This document shows, one piece after another, positions 24,203 to 37,748 of a stretch of DNA of 64,000 bases. The translations under genes and the position numbers were made by a program. Source of the stretch: Eledone cirrhosa (lineage: Eukaryota); NCBI GenBank assembly GCA_964016885.1, contig OZ024740.1:229586001-229650000 (forward strand). The letters run 5' to 3'. The notes beneath the pieces were generated by a model, which had not been told where the DNA came from, searched no databases, and saw only the letters and a program-made list of their open reading frames with translations. The stretch's first letter is position 1, and each line of letters begins with the position of its first letter.

Positions 24203-25016
24203 TATAAGGATAAGGAACAAGGATTTAGCGTTGCATCATAATATTTAATAACATATTACATATGTTTCACTATCGATCAGCTGGAGGCAAGGCCTATTAT
24301 AGATCGAACCTATATATATATTGATAATCTATGGTACTGGGACCGGGAAGACCACAAATCAAATAAGTAATCGATACATGGTAAGATATATACATTAGGT
24401 TCGGTCATCTCAGATCGAATTTGTCGTTTACTTTAACATGACCTCCTAGGCCTGGCTGCTTTTAATGAATTCCGCCCTGTTATAAGAATTCTCACAAAAT
24501 CTTCAATGTTATAATAACTCTATATCTTGACGGGCTGATTTTCATTGCAGCAACCCATGAATTGCGCTTTCTTTCTCCCTTTTGCCCTTTCCTCCCACCA
24601 GCCGATGGGACCCAGCTTATCCTCTTTCGACAATACCATAAAAATCTCTCATCATAGAAACTCATTAGTTATTGGTCTTATAGAAGAAGCCCATCCATTT
24701 TGCCCTGAATCGTCACTTTAATATAGTTTTTATTTAATATCCTGATATTCAAATTCCGCTATAGGGTTTTTCGTAAAGGTTCGGTTCTCCTCAACAATGT
24801 CGACATTCCTGCAGTGTGAGAGAGAAAGAGAAAAGGTGTGAAAGTGTGTGAGAGAGGGGGGGGGTGAGAAATGGAGTTAAAGTGTGAGAGTGAGAGGGGG
24901 GAGAGTGAGTGAGGGAGAAATGCCTCTCTTAACAGACTTGATTCTGTTACTCATACTCAAATATATCCATTTAATCCTTACACACACACACATATATATA
25001 TATACATACATATACA

Positions 25017-25074
<58 letters not shown>

Positions 25075-25142
25075 TAGAGAGATCTTCGTCACGACATTCA
25101 TGCTTTCATACATCTGACATTTTGGATTTCACACTAAATAAA

Positions 25143-25320
25143 GTGGCGTAGGTATGGTTTTTTATGGTTAAGGAGTTCGCTTTGCAACCACAAGCTTTCT
25201 GGACCAGACTTGAAAACGAAAAGGACTATATTCGATATGATCAACTAAATTAAGGCAATGCCCCATCATGGCCATAGTCTAATAACTGAATCCAGTAAAA
25301 AGAAAATGAAAGAATAAAAG
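25143..25320 (+). mobile_element. Old, internally deleted tRNA-SINE of a second family
   Basis: Head GGCGTAGGTATGG..GGTTAAGGAGTTCGCTTTGCAACCAC and tail CATGGCCATAGTCTAATAACTGAATCCAGTAAAAAGA resemble an abundant octopus SINE as I recall it. Confidence 0.55.
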
Positions 25321-25404
25321 TATAATTTCACTACATGACTCTATCTGCCAGGAACATGCTACCTACTAATATTTTCCCAAGAATCATATGTATTATTCGT
25401 TTCC

Positions 25405-25617
25405 AGCGGTGAATTAGCACTATCGGTATGGCGTTGGACATGCTTTGGTGCATTGATTTACGTCCCTGCCTAAGTTCAAATCCCGCCGTGGTTAGCTTTG
25501 CTTTTCATCCTCACGAGGTCGATAAAATAAATTACCAGTAACGTACTGGAATTGATTTAATCGACTTTCTCCTCCCCCAAAATTGTTGGCCTTGTGCTTA
25601 AATCAAAAACCATTATT
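25405..25617 (+). mobile_element. Older Meta-like SINE (long subtype)
   Basis: AGTTCAAATCCCGCC, TTTCATCCTCACGAGGTCGATAAAATAAA, tail GGCCTTGTGCTTAAA..CATTATT. Confidence 0.85.
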
Positions 25618-26757
25618 CATCTCCAGCTTTATAACTAGCTCTTTCTCAAACTACTCACCAAGCGTTGAGTGGTTTTTAGCTCTGAGCTGAACACTTGCTT
25701 GTGACAGAAACTATTTTAGCCTTCAGCTGATCTGTCAAATACTGCTGGTTGTAGAAAACAATAAGCAGTCTTTGTCGCAATCCATTACAATAGGTAATAC
25801 TTTCATTTTCACCTAAAGATATAGTTAAAAAAAAAAAAAAAGAAACGTCGATTGTTTGAATTTCTTTTTCTTTAATTTTATACCATTCTCACTAAATTAA
25901 ATTGTTTAATAAATTGTTTAAAGTGTAGTAATGTTGGTTAGCAACAGAAGCAAATGGCGCCATATTAACTAATAGAGGGTTACTTAATGTTTCCAAGATC
26001 AAATCATTTGAAAGTAAAATAATATTTAAAAAAGTGAAATAAAAATTTTCAGGAGAGAAGCATTGGACTAACTAGTAAATTCCAAACAACGTTCTTGATG
26101 TTGTAAAAAATAAGCTCAGAAAAAGGCAAGCGTGGCTGCCATTTTGTTTGTTTGTTTGTTGTATTTTTTTTGTTTTTTGTTTTTTGTTTTTTGTTTTTTG
26201 TTTTTTGTTTTTTGTTTTTTGTTTTTTGTTTTTTGTTTTTTGGTGGGAGGAATGACTGATCTAGTAATATGTTTGTTTGGTCAGTAGACGCAGCATGGCC
26301 GAATATTTAACCCCGTTGATATCAACCTGTCCCAAGACCCGGAACAACCCCATATCACGGATTTCCGAGATATGGGGTTGTTCCAGGTACCTTCATAAAC
26401 AAAGAGAGAGAAAGATAGAGAGGAAGAGATAGTGGTTGTGACCGAGTAGATTGAAAGAGAGACATAGAGAGAGGGGAGGAGACAGAGAAGGAGAATAGAA
26501 GAGAGCAGGTGGTGTTGTTGTGTATATATATATATGTGTATATGTGTGTGTGTGTCTATGACCAGTGTATATAGATCACAGACACCCATATATATATGCA
26601 CACACACATATATATATATATGTATACAAACACACATATTTATATATATATACATACACACACGTATATATATATAGTAATAATAATAAATTTCAAGACT
26701 AAATCCAAAGAGGGCTCGATAAGGATAAATATATATCAAATATATAAGAACCGTAGA

Positions 26758-26799
<42 letters not shown>

Positions 26800-26804
<5 letters not shown>

Positions 26805-27607
26805 AAAAAATGGGGAGAAGAATACTGCAGGTTGCACATGGATAACATGTTATAAAATGAGTCCCTCATCAGTGATTTGCCAACGATCATAGATATTTCA
26901 TTGCATTAAAAATCATATACCTCACGTTGGTGCAATAATAACTAAATTAAGTTATTAGGACAATTAAAACGCGTAAAGCGAGTGAGACAAGTAAACAACA
27001 AAGAGGAAAGCTAACCGAAGATAGGAAAGACACAAGCTACATAGTTATTCTGTCAGTATAAGCTGGGTGAATATATGAGCGCGTAGAAAAAAGACCTTTC
27101 GAGATGAATCCAAATGTAAGAAAGAAGGAAATTGTTTTCGTCGCGAACGGGGTGAAGTGAGAAGGGGAGAAACAGTGAGTGAGTGAGTAGAAGTGTGAGG
27201 AAGAGGTCAGTAGAGAGAAAGTGTTAACTGACATGACAGAGGGGGCGAAAGAAAGTAAGAGAAACAGAGAGAACGAGGCAGCAGTAAGAGAGAGAGAGAG
27301 AAAAAAACAGAATCGCAGTTTGGGTAAATATATGTGAAAAAATGAGGAGAAGAATACTGCAGGTTGCACATGGATAACATGTTATAAAATGAGTCCCTCA
27401 TCAGTGATTTGCCAACGATCATAGATATTTCATTGTATTAAAAATCATATACCTCACGTTGGTGTAATAATAACTAAATTAAGTTATTAGGACAATTAAA
27501 ACGCGTAAAGCGAGTGAGACAAGTAAACAACAAAGAGGAAAGCTAACCGTAGATAGGAAGGGCACAAGCTACATAGTTATTCTGTCAGCATAAGCTGGGT
27601 GAATATA

Positions 27608-27610
<3 letters not shown>
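26800..27610 (+). repeat. Unclassified dispersed element, here as a 1.5-unit tandem (about 530-bp unit); relatives at 47209-47303, 48603-49190 (minus), 55582-56110, 56760-57200
   Basis: Shared AGTCC.TCATCAGTGAT..CGCTTTAAAG..ATATACCTC..GTTGGTGC.AATAATAACT-N6-AGTTATT block followed by a purine-rich body. Confidence 0.8.
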
Positions 27611-27670
<60 letters not shown>

Positions 27671-27774
27671 GCCTTCTAGTTTCATTTCACATTATATACA
27701 TGTCTGTGTATATTTTAATTATTCAAAATTTATTTTTAAGTGAACATGAGTTAAAAAAAATATCTTGAAGTGAA

Positions 27775-27803
27775 CGTGACTCAACGGGTCACGGGTGGTC
27801 TAG
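27775..27803 (+). mobile_element. Possible Helitron 3' terminus
   Basis: Hairpin CGTGAC-TCAACGG-GTCACG then CTAG|T. Confidence 0.45.
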
Positions 27804-28537
27804 TTATAGATTAAAATCTTTTCAATGCGGTGCTGCAGCATAGCCGCAGTATAATGAATGATCCCCAACAAAATAATTACAACAAAAAAACAACAACAAC
27901 AAACACCAAAAAAACAAAAGAGCATTATAGCAGAAAATTACAAAAGGAGAAAGAAAATAAATTACAAGCGAGAGAGGAAATAACGGCAAATCATATGTGA
28001 CAAGCTCCACAGCGATTTATATTTCAAACCGTGGTGAGAGTTACGCGCAAGAACGAATTAGAAAAATGTTGAGGGAAAGCAAAGTTATAGAGAGGTGCCA
28101 CGGTATATAGTTTGTAATAGAACCCGGCCGAGTTCTGCGTTAAATAAGCTGTAAATAAATGAAATTATGTTTGTGGTGGTACATAAATGTTTGTGGATAG
28201 GTCTGTAAGTTATATATCATTGTTTAACCACCGTTCTCTGATGAAATGTAATCCCTAATAGAAAGAAATTCTCGTATCCGTCATGTTGGAATATGATCTA
28301 GACAGGTAGTGTCGCCTTATTTTCTGGACTAAATGATGTGATATTATTTCCGGGCTTCAACAAATCTCTCTCTCCCCCACCCCACTCTCTCGCTCTCTTT
28401 CTGTCACAATTTGTCCCTCATACATACATACACATGGATATGCCAATACGCATACATGTATGGAACAGCGTGACATGTATGTATGTATGTATCTATGTAT
28501 GTATGTGTGCATGGATGCGTGCATGTATGCATGTATG

Positions 28538-28571
<34 letters not shown>

Positions 28572-29189
28572 CGAGTATATATATATATATATATATATAC
28601 ACTTCATTTTTAATTTGTTTTGCAAGATTTCTCATCAGAAAACGTGTGTTGAAACATATTGTTATACTTTGGGAGGGTCATGCTGCCAATAAAAACACAC
28701 GCACCTGTTGGTTTTCACTTCAATTTATTACAAATTTCCGGTTGGTCGGTTGGTTTGTTGGTTGGTTGGTTCTATAACCGGATGATTGTTTATATATTGT
28801 CAAAGCCCTTTCGTCACACATTCTGTGACCTCCTCAGTGGCCGATTTCTTATTTTGTGTCTCTGCTTTGCTCTGTCCTACACCATCTTGTTTTTGTGTGT
28901 TGTGTGCTGTGTACTTGGTTTGCGCATGTGTTATATCCAGGTGTATGTGTGTTTTTATTTATTTATATGTTTATTTATGTGTCACAAATTGGTTATTTGT
29001 TCTATCTGAGTGTGTCTGGTTTGTTTTATTGGTTTGTTTCTTGTGTGTCTCTGTATGTCTTTATCTTGTCCTTAATTATTAGTTGTGATTTTGATGCTAT
29101 TCCACTCATGTTATCTGTTTAATTTTGGTTGGAGTTCGTTTATGTTTGTCGCTTCCGTAAATAAACATATAAATAATTAAATAAAAACA

Positions 29190-30545
29190 CAGCGGGATAG
29201 GGCAACTTTTACATAAAATGGGCTCACTGACCGCAGAACCCTAAGGGATAAGTGGGATACTGAATGAACAATATAAAAGTGTTTTCACATCTCCAATGAG
29301 ACACATTAAAATAAATAAGCCAGATGAGTTCTTTAACACCACTGCGTCACATAGTGAAATGGCAACCACCAACCACATAGGTATAAAGGTGAAAGCCATA
29401 GATGAAATGAGACCAAATTTATCTGCTGGCCCTGGTGGTTACTTACCAATCTTCTTAAAAGTATGCAAGCGTACATTAGCAAAACCACCGCTGAGCCTCT
29501 TCCAAAGATCCCTTGCAAGCGGTAAACTACCCGGAAAGCTAAAAGAAGACATAATATGTCTTATCTACAAAGAAGGAAGCAGGGCAGATGTTGAAAACTA
29601 CAGACCTGTCTCCCAAATCTCGCATATCAGCAAAGTCATGGAACCAATCATCAGAAGGAAACTGAATACTTTTCTAGAGGAAAATGGTCTTCTAATTGAC
29701 ACCTAGCATGGTTTTCGCCCGGGTAGAAGTTGTCTTCTGCAGTCATTATGTCTTCTCTAGTCATTATGACTGGATACTCAAATAGCTCCTAGACCGTTCG
29801 ACCGTGGATGTGATACATATCGACTTTGCAAAGTCCTTCGAATGAAATGATATAAACTACGTAGCTTTGTCATAGCTGGAAAACTAGATGTATGGCTTCA
29901 TGACTTCTTAAAAAACAAAAGTCAGAATATTGCCACCAATGGAGCCCTCTCAGAGGAAACGTCAATAACAAGCTATTCTCTTACAAGATTTAGATGCCAT
30001 ATACGAATGAGCTGAAGACAACAATATGCAATTTAATGCAGGTAAGTTTCAAACCCTCCGCTATCAATCCACAAACATAGAACCACTATAACAAAGGACA
30101 CTGGACCAAAAGGAATCGAAATCCCCTAGTCAAAATCAATGCGGGACATGAGCAATGATGCATCGTTTCATGCAATGTGCAGATGACTGGCGGGTTAGAT
30201 TCTGAGGACTTTCAAAACAAAAGACCTGGAAGACATGTTAGTCCTCAGTCGACTGGACTCCTGCTCTCAACTGTGGTCGCCCCACACTGTCAAAGTAACT
30301 GCAGAACTCGAAGCAATCCAACTAAACTACACCAAGAGGATTGCCTCAATGAAAGAGATGAGCTAGTGGGAGAGTCTGAAAAACTAAAGCTTTTCTCCCT
30401 GGAGCGAAGACGGAAGAGATATGCTGATATACGTATGGAAGATCCTAGAAGGATTATCACCGAACTTCGTCATTGGAAACAGGATGCCACAGTATAGTTC
30501 CAAAGATCCCGTCCGTGGCATCAAAAATAACGACCACATACTGCA
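29190..30545 (+). mobile_element. Decayed CR1-clade LINE ORF2 fragment
   Basis: SAGPGG..LK.C...LAKP, ENYRPVS.ISHISKVME, HGFRPGRSC, DVI.IDFAKSF, LKLFSLERRR.RY. Confidence 0.85.
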
Positions 30546-30549
30546 GTTT

Positions 30550-30832
30550 TTACACGCATCTCCACTCCTTCAGAAATCCTGATCTGAAAATTAGTACAGC
30601 CTGGAAAAAGATCTGGCAATTAAAAGAGAAAGGATTCCCACATAAGATTACTTGGAAGATATTTCACAATGGTACCAAGAGATGTCGTCTCTGTCTTAGT
30701 GAGAAATTTAGAATATTACAAGGTTTATCACCTCCAATAAATAATTATTTGAACTCAAAAAGTAAAATGTTTACTCAAAAAGTAAAATGTTTCTCAAAGT
30801 GGAAATACTCAACAAATTCAACTAATTTTTAA
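30550..30832 (+). mobile_element. Penelope-like GIY-YIG C-terminal fragment
   Basis: IWQLKEKG...ITWKI...CRLCLSEKFRI...LNSKS. Confidence 0.78.
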
Positions 30833-31169
30833 CCAGCTTAATTTGATTTATATACTTCCGTTATATTTTTTCTTTCTCCTCTTTTCACTCTTATATATTA
30901 TAATACACTTTTTATACTACTATACTCGATACCTTAATAAATATTGTCATCTCTATATTACATTCTACCACATAATACAATACCTCTGTTATAGCATACG
31001 AACACTGACACGTTCACAATCTCAGTTTGCAAATTTGCATCTAGGAGTTATTTCCCTTTGGGATTATACGTTTGTTCGTAAACTAACGTGTTTAGCACAC
31101 ATTACTTTTAACCTACGACTTCAGTTATACCATAACTTATATATATGTATGAGATGAAAGAATGGTATT

Positions 31170-33140
31170 TAACTAATACGCGATGGGGTCCACCCACAGC
31201 CCCGGCGGACAGAATGGAGAAGGCGTTTCCCAGGTGGGCGGCAAGGGAGACGCGCTGGAAAAGCCACTCCAACTCGCGGGGCTCACACCTACGGCTGGCC
31301 AGCTCAGCGCCTATGGTGGTGAGTAAGGAGGTAGCCGTGGGGCCGAGGACACCAGAAGTTTCCACTGCCAGGGGAACGACCGCAAACCTGTCGGTGAGCG
31401 ACCGGTATTTGAGGAGTTTGGCCCCCTCAGCCCGACGTGCAGCAGAACCTTGTTTACTCGCAGACTGCACCAGGTTGCGGCTGCAGAAAGTGTCGGTGCA
31501 AGTGGCATCCCAGACGAAGGGTTTGCCACCGCGGAACAGGAAGATGGTCATGCCATCTGGCATTTTGCCGTCCCCTCGATCCAGCCCCACCGGCTCGAGC
31601 TGGGAAGGGAAGCCTGCAGCGTCCAAGCCATGCTTAATGACCTCGTTGAGGGCAGTATGGCGTGGAATGCGGCCGGCACTGTGGCGACAGGAAACGGGTG
31701 GAGGCCGAAAGAGTCCACGGTGGAACCGCAGCGACATTGGTGTGGCTGGCAGATCCGAAGGCCGAGCCTCAGGGAAACGCCGATTCGCAGGCTATGGTTG
31801 TCTAGCTGCGTGCCAGTGGAGAAGGAGGGCAGAGCATGGAGTCAGGCACCACTGTGGGGTTTGAAGGGCGCACGAAAACAAGCAAGGCGGTGCTGGTCGA
31901 GCTGGCGCGTGAGCCTATCTGAGGCCAGGCTGCACTGGATGGCATCCCAAGTGCGTTGGGGGGACTTGACGTCAACAGGGGGAGATGGAGGAGGGACGTC
32001 TACTGGGCTAAGTCCCAGCCGGTCCCACGTCTCACAGGCGGTCTCATGTTTTCTGAACACAGAGGGTTCTATTGTGTTTTGAAGAACCCTGCTGATGAGG
32101 ACGCGGCACGAGGTTACCGACGAAAGATATGCCGGCAAAGCTAGTGAGGTCGGGGACCGGAGGCCTAGGCCGCCATACTTGACCGGTAAAGTGGCCTGTT
32201 GCCACCCTATGTCGTCAAACTTGACGTTGCATATTCCCTCGGCTGATGCTCGGATACAAGTATCGAGGTCAGCGAGGAGAGATGTCTGGGTGTAGCATGG
32301 AGCGCTGCGGAGTGTATAGAGGAGCTTCGGCATGGCGAAGCAATTCCTCAGCAGAAAGAGAGCTGGGTAGCCGTCAATCAAGCCCAGTCGGCTCGTGAGA
32401 GTCTGGAGCTGTTGAAGCCTGGACCTGATGGTGGAGCGGATGGCCGGCGGGTGGATCGGTGACCCGAGGATGAGGACATCCTCTTTGGGGCTCACCTGAA
32501 CCTGGCGGAGAATGGACCGCACGTCCAAGACGGAGGCTGCAAAGCTCACAGCATTGAGGCTGACGTTCACCACCTCCGACTTGGCCGAGTTGACCTGGAG
32601 GCCGATTCCCGCCAGGGCAGCAATCACCGATTGAAGGTCTTGGCAGACTATCCGTACGAGCCCGCCCAACGTAGCATCATCCAGATACCAAACGTTGAGA
32701 GGGGCCGTGATACTCCGGGCGATGTTGTCAATACCAAGGGCGAACAGGAGGGATCCCAAAGGGTCGCCCTGTTGGACCCCAGTAGCCGAGGGTATGACCG
32801 TATCAGCAGCTAGGAGCATGCTCGGGGCTCCATATGACAGGTAGCCCAGTGTGTAGGCAGAGGGGGCTCGGCTGAGGCAGGCCTCGAGCAGATGATCCCG
32901 GCGTAAAGAGTTAAAGGCATTCCTCATGTCAAGCTTGACTAGTGAGGCTCGGGCGTCAGGCAAGCTCGCTGTCCCATCTAGTGGTGTGCCAGACGGCCGT
33001 GGCTGGGAAGATGTGGGGAAGACGCAGCTCCTGCACCTCCACGCTGCGAGGGCATTGGAAGCTCGACGAGTCAAGCCAACGCAGGTGAGGTGGTGGAAGC
33101 AGCCGCACCCCAAACAGTTTCGGCCCCTCTTCCGTTTGTT
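31170..33140 (-). mobile_element. CRE-clade non-LTR retrotransposon (RT plus restriction-like endonuclease), internally deleted
   Basis: KLDMRNAFNS, GVQQGDPLG, WYLDD, GGLGL, C-C/H zinc motif, RHTALN, PDG..WDATCTD; one TGA at 31842 and a frameshift near 31700; markedly GC-rich. Confidence 0.88.
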
Positions 33141-33277
33141 AGTAACAGTATCTTATAAACTCGTATAAGCACCTGAAGAAAGGTTACAATTTTGATCCGT
33201 CTTGTGTTCTGGTATTGTAGTCAAAATTGGGCCTTGAAACCTTGGTTGTCGTTTTTGTTCCATGTATGAACATAAAT

Positions 33278-33386
33278 AAATAATTGTTTCTACTTTAGGC
33301 ACAAGGCCAGCAATTACCCAGTTCATTACTGGTACTTTATTTTATCGACCCCGTAAGGATGAAAGGCAAAGTCAACCTCGGCGGGA
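33278..33386 (-). mobile_element. 5'-truncated Meta-like SINE
   Basis: Core and tail; ACATAAA(A)TAAATAAT on both flanks. Confidence 0.85.
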
Positions 33387-33419
33387 CATAAATAAATAAT
33401 ATAATATAATATAATATAA

Positions 33420-33510
<91 letters not shown>

Positions 33511-33954
33511 ATATATATATGTGTGTGTGTCTATAGATATATACATGTATTTATATACATGCATATATTAATGTAGATAAATCCTCCTATTATGATAATA
33601 TAATGACCTAAGCAATATAAAAACTAAAGAAATTACTCGCCATTTTCACTTTACAGCATAAATGTCATAAACTAACCAACGCCCAATTTTATCGAGTTTG
33701 CTAATTTCAAGCTGAGTCCCAGATATATGTATGTACACGTCCTTGTTTTAAACGTACTGTCTAAAACATTTTTGCGTCGTTAATACTAAACCAATTATAA
33801 CCGCCCTTGATTTTAAATACAAACCTATTTTAAAGTGTTAATATTTATCTGGTGTCGAATTGATTGAGTCGTTAGAAAGCCGGATAGGATGATTTGGGGT
33901 GTTCGTTCTAGCTCTCTGCTCTCTAAATTCATATCACGCCAATGTCAACTTTTC

Positions 33955-34380
33955 ATTATTTAGACGTTGATAATGGCGGTGGATTGGCAGTATCGGTGGA
34001 GGGTCGGACGCCATGCTTTCCAGCATAGTTACGTCCCTTTACGATCTGAGTTCAAATCCCGCCGAGGTTGACTTTGCCTTTCATCCTTACGGGGTCGATA
34101 AAATAAAGTACCAGTAATGCACTGGGTAATTGCTGGCCTTGTGCCTAAAGTAGAAACAATTATTTAGACGTTGATAGGCGGTGGGTTGGCAGTATCGGTA
34201 GAGAGTCGGACGCCATGCTTTCCAGCATAGTTACGTCCCTTTACGATCTGAGTTCAAATCCCGCCGAGGTTGACTTTGCCTTTCATCCTTACGGGGTCGA
34301 TAAAATAAAGTACCAGTAATGCACTGGGTAATTGCTGGCCTTGTGCCTAAAGTAGAAACAATTATTTATAGACGTTGATA
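33955..34380 (+). mobile_element. Two nearly identical Meta-like SINEs in tandem inside an older SINE copy
   Basis: ATTATTTAGACGTTGATA occurs at about 33955, 34160 and (variant) 34361; degenerate SINE head at 33850-33955 and AAAGTACCA continuation at 34385. Confidence 0.9.
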
Positions 34381-34598
34381 AAAAAAAGTACCAATCCAGT
34401 AATGGGAATGATTCTTCCTCTATACCTCATCCTTACCCCCTCCCCCTCTCTATCATTCTCTATTCTTCTTTGGAAGAAATCGACTGTGTTCAGACCTGAG
34501 AGGAGATGGGCTCTACCAGGTTTTAAAAAAATGTCCATGACCTGTCAACTCCACAAGTCTTCTCCTCCTTCACCTCCTCATCCTCCTCCTCCTCACCC

Positions 34599-35330
34599 TT
34601 CTTCTTCTTCTTCTTCTTCTTCTTCTTCTTCTTCTTCTTCTTCTTCTTCTTCTTCTTCTTCTTCTTCTTCTTCTTCTTCTTCTTCTTCTTCTTCTTCTTC
34701 TTCTTCTTCTTCTTCTTCTTCTTCTTCTTCCTGAGAGGGCCATGATGGCGGAGTCCTCAAACACTCCTTCCAGTGGATCTTATCAGAAGCAATTGTCTCC
34801 AGTTGATCTGGATAGATCCCTAAGCCAGATCAGCTCAGCTCATGGGTGTTATCCTACTAATCTTGCCCGGATCTATCCCTGGGTCTCCTGCCGGTTGGTT
34901 TTGTCCGCAAAATCTTTTCAGCAATTCTTTCCTGAGACAATCTAATCACACGTCCATAGTACTGGAGCTGTGATCTCTCATCTTCTGATGACCGAATGCT
35001 GAAGCTGGTGCAGTAATGCACTTAATCCAGCCTCCTTCTTCCTTCGCTCGTGAACAAGGCCCCGAGATACTTGAACTTCTCTACCTGCTTCAGTAGGATT
35101 CCACTCACATAGAGAGTGCACTGCACATGCTTCCTTGAGAGGACATGTGTTTCAGTCTTCGCAGCACTGAGTTTCATTCCTGCTCTGCAGCCCTCAGCAA
35201 CAAACCTATCAGGTGCATGTCGGAGATCAACTTCTGACAAGTTAAGTAGTCCCATGTTGTCTGCAAATATCAGCCGAGTTATCATGCACCTGCCGTTCTT
35301 GATACCACTTCCAGCCCGGCTGCGCCAACC
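34599..35330 (-). mobile_element. RTE-type LINE 3' remnant with long (GAA)n tail
   Basis: LIFADN, MKLSAAKTE, QVEKFKYLG; 3' end GTGTTTGAGGACTC.GCC..CCCTCTCAGG also at 56115-56195 followed by GAAGAAGAA. Confidence 0.82.
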
Positions 35331-35630
35331 ATCGATGTCAAATTTACCTCTTATTCCCGTAGGCTCGATAAAAAATGTACCAGTCAAATACTAGGGTTGA
35401 TATAATAGGCTGTCCTCACTCCACACAATATATGACCTTGTGCCTATATAAAAAAAATGTTACAATATAATTACATATACATACATAAACACATGCATAC
35501 AAATATATTGAGAGATTTTATTAGTGGTGAAAACTTTAGACATGTGAAGATAGAGGTGGTAAAGATATAGAGAGCTTAAATAAGTTTCCCTTTTTTCCGT
35601 ATGATTCAATGTATTCATGTAATATCTCTT

Positions 35631-35692
<62 letters not shown>

Positions 35693-36326
35693 GAAAGGGG
35701 GTGGTAGTTAGATGGCTAGATAGATAGAGAGATAGATACATACATAGATATAGAGAGTGTGAGGGAGAGAGTGAGAGAGAGTGATAGAGAGAGTGAGAGA
35801 GAGAGAGAGAGTGAGTGAGTGCAAAATAGAGTGAGAAAAAGAGAAGGGGAAGAAAGAGTAAGAACGAGAGAGAGAAATTGCCGTGAATGGGGGTGAACAA
35901 ATGCATGTGTTACGGATTTTATTACGACAATATAAAAATAAAGAGAGAAAAAATAAAACATAAAATAATATCATAAAATAATATTATTTAATGAATATTT
36001 AACTATCTACAGATGGCCTTCGTTGATCATTCTAGTTCATTCTATTTTATTTTATTTTATTTATTATTAGTAATTTTTTCATTTCTCTTCTCAGTTTCAG
36101 ATCTGACGAGACACGATTTCCTATTTTGGAAACACTCGTAATACTTTAAAATAAAATGGAGAACCATTTACCTCCGACTGCTACCGGAAGGAAGTATCTT
36201 TGACTAAGATCTTAAAAGATTCAAAGGCGATGGAGAGCGGTTTATCTCAAATATCGTATTATATGAGGGGTCTATAATAATTATAATAATTATAATAATT
36301 ATAATCTTATTGTTACAAAGTTCAAA

Positions 36327-36382
<56 letters not shown>

Positions 36383-36386
<4 letters not shown>

Positions 36387-37129
36387 CACAAGAATCAAAG
36401 CTATGTTCAAAGCATTTATTCACTTACAATTGTTTCATCCAAACCTAGGCTTGGATTCTTCGGAGCATTTTTCAATGTTTGTACACATAATTGACCTCCT
36501 TTCCAACACAAGAGACATACAGATACAAATATATATATATTGATGTACACTGGAGTGACTTATATTATACTATATTATTTCTGTATAGCAATTCAAATTC
36601 AAAATCAAAATCAAATTAAATTAAAACAAAATTAAAACAAAATTGAAATACATTCGGCAGTTAACACAGATAATGCAAGAGGATAGTTTGTTAGTCAGAT
36701 GTAGTAGTGTAACTAACGCATACACTAACTACTACATCTGACTAACAAACTATCCGCTTGCATTATCTGTGTTAACTGCCGAATGTATTTTAATTTTGTT
36801 TTAATTTTGTTTTAATTTTAATTTTAATTTTAATTTTAATTTTAATTTTAATTTTAATTTTAATTTTAATTTTAATTTTAATTTTAATTTTGATTTTGAT
36901 TTTGATTTTGAATTTGAATTGCTATACAGAAATAATATAGTATAATATAAGTCACTCCAGTGTACATCAATATATATATATATATGTATCTGTATGTCTC
37001 TTGCGTTGGAAAGGAGGTCAATTATGTGTACAAACATTGAAAAATGCTCCGAAGAATCCAAGCCTAGGTTTGGATGAAACAATTGTAAGTGAATAAATGC
37101 TTTGAACATAGCTTTGATTCTTGTGAATT
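36383..37129. repeat. About 750-bp fold-back palindrome, probable inverted Penelope pseudo-LTR
   Basis: Arms near-identical apart from (AAATTA)n length; centre about 36711-36720; hammerhead-like motif in each arm. Confidence 0.9.
37045..37092 (+). ncRNA. Type-I minimal hammerhead ribozyme motif, core variant CCGAAGA (mirror copy 36420-36467 minus)
   Basis: TGCT-CCGAAGA-ATCCAA/TTGGAT-GAAA-C AATT G-TA-AGTG. Confidence 0.6.
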
Positions 37130-37304
37130 CTATATAACTGTTCTGTAGAACAACTGATGTTATTACATTGAGCTATTTATCTTACTGGTAATAAGGTAGT
37201 AATAAATTACTGACCTTCACTGTTTAGGGTTTAAAATATACATAACTATAAAAAGTTTTAGTATATACATAACCATAAATAGTATCCTTAATATTATATA
37301 TATA

Positions 37305-37748
<444 letters not shown>

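Noticed and set aside
31145-32082. Plus-strand ORFs of 239 and 210 aa
   Set aside because: Antisense shadows of the GC-rich CRE ORF
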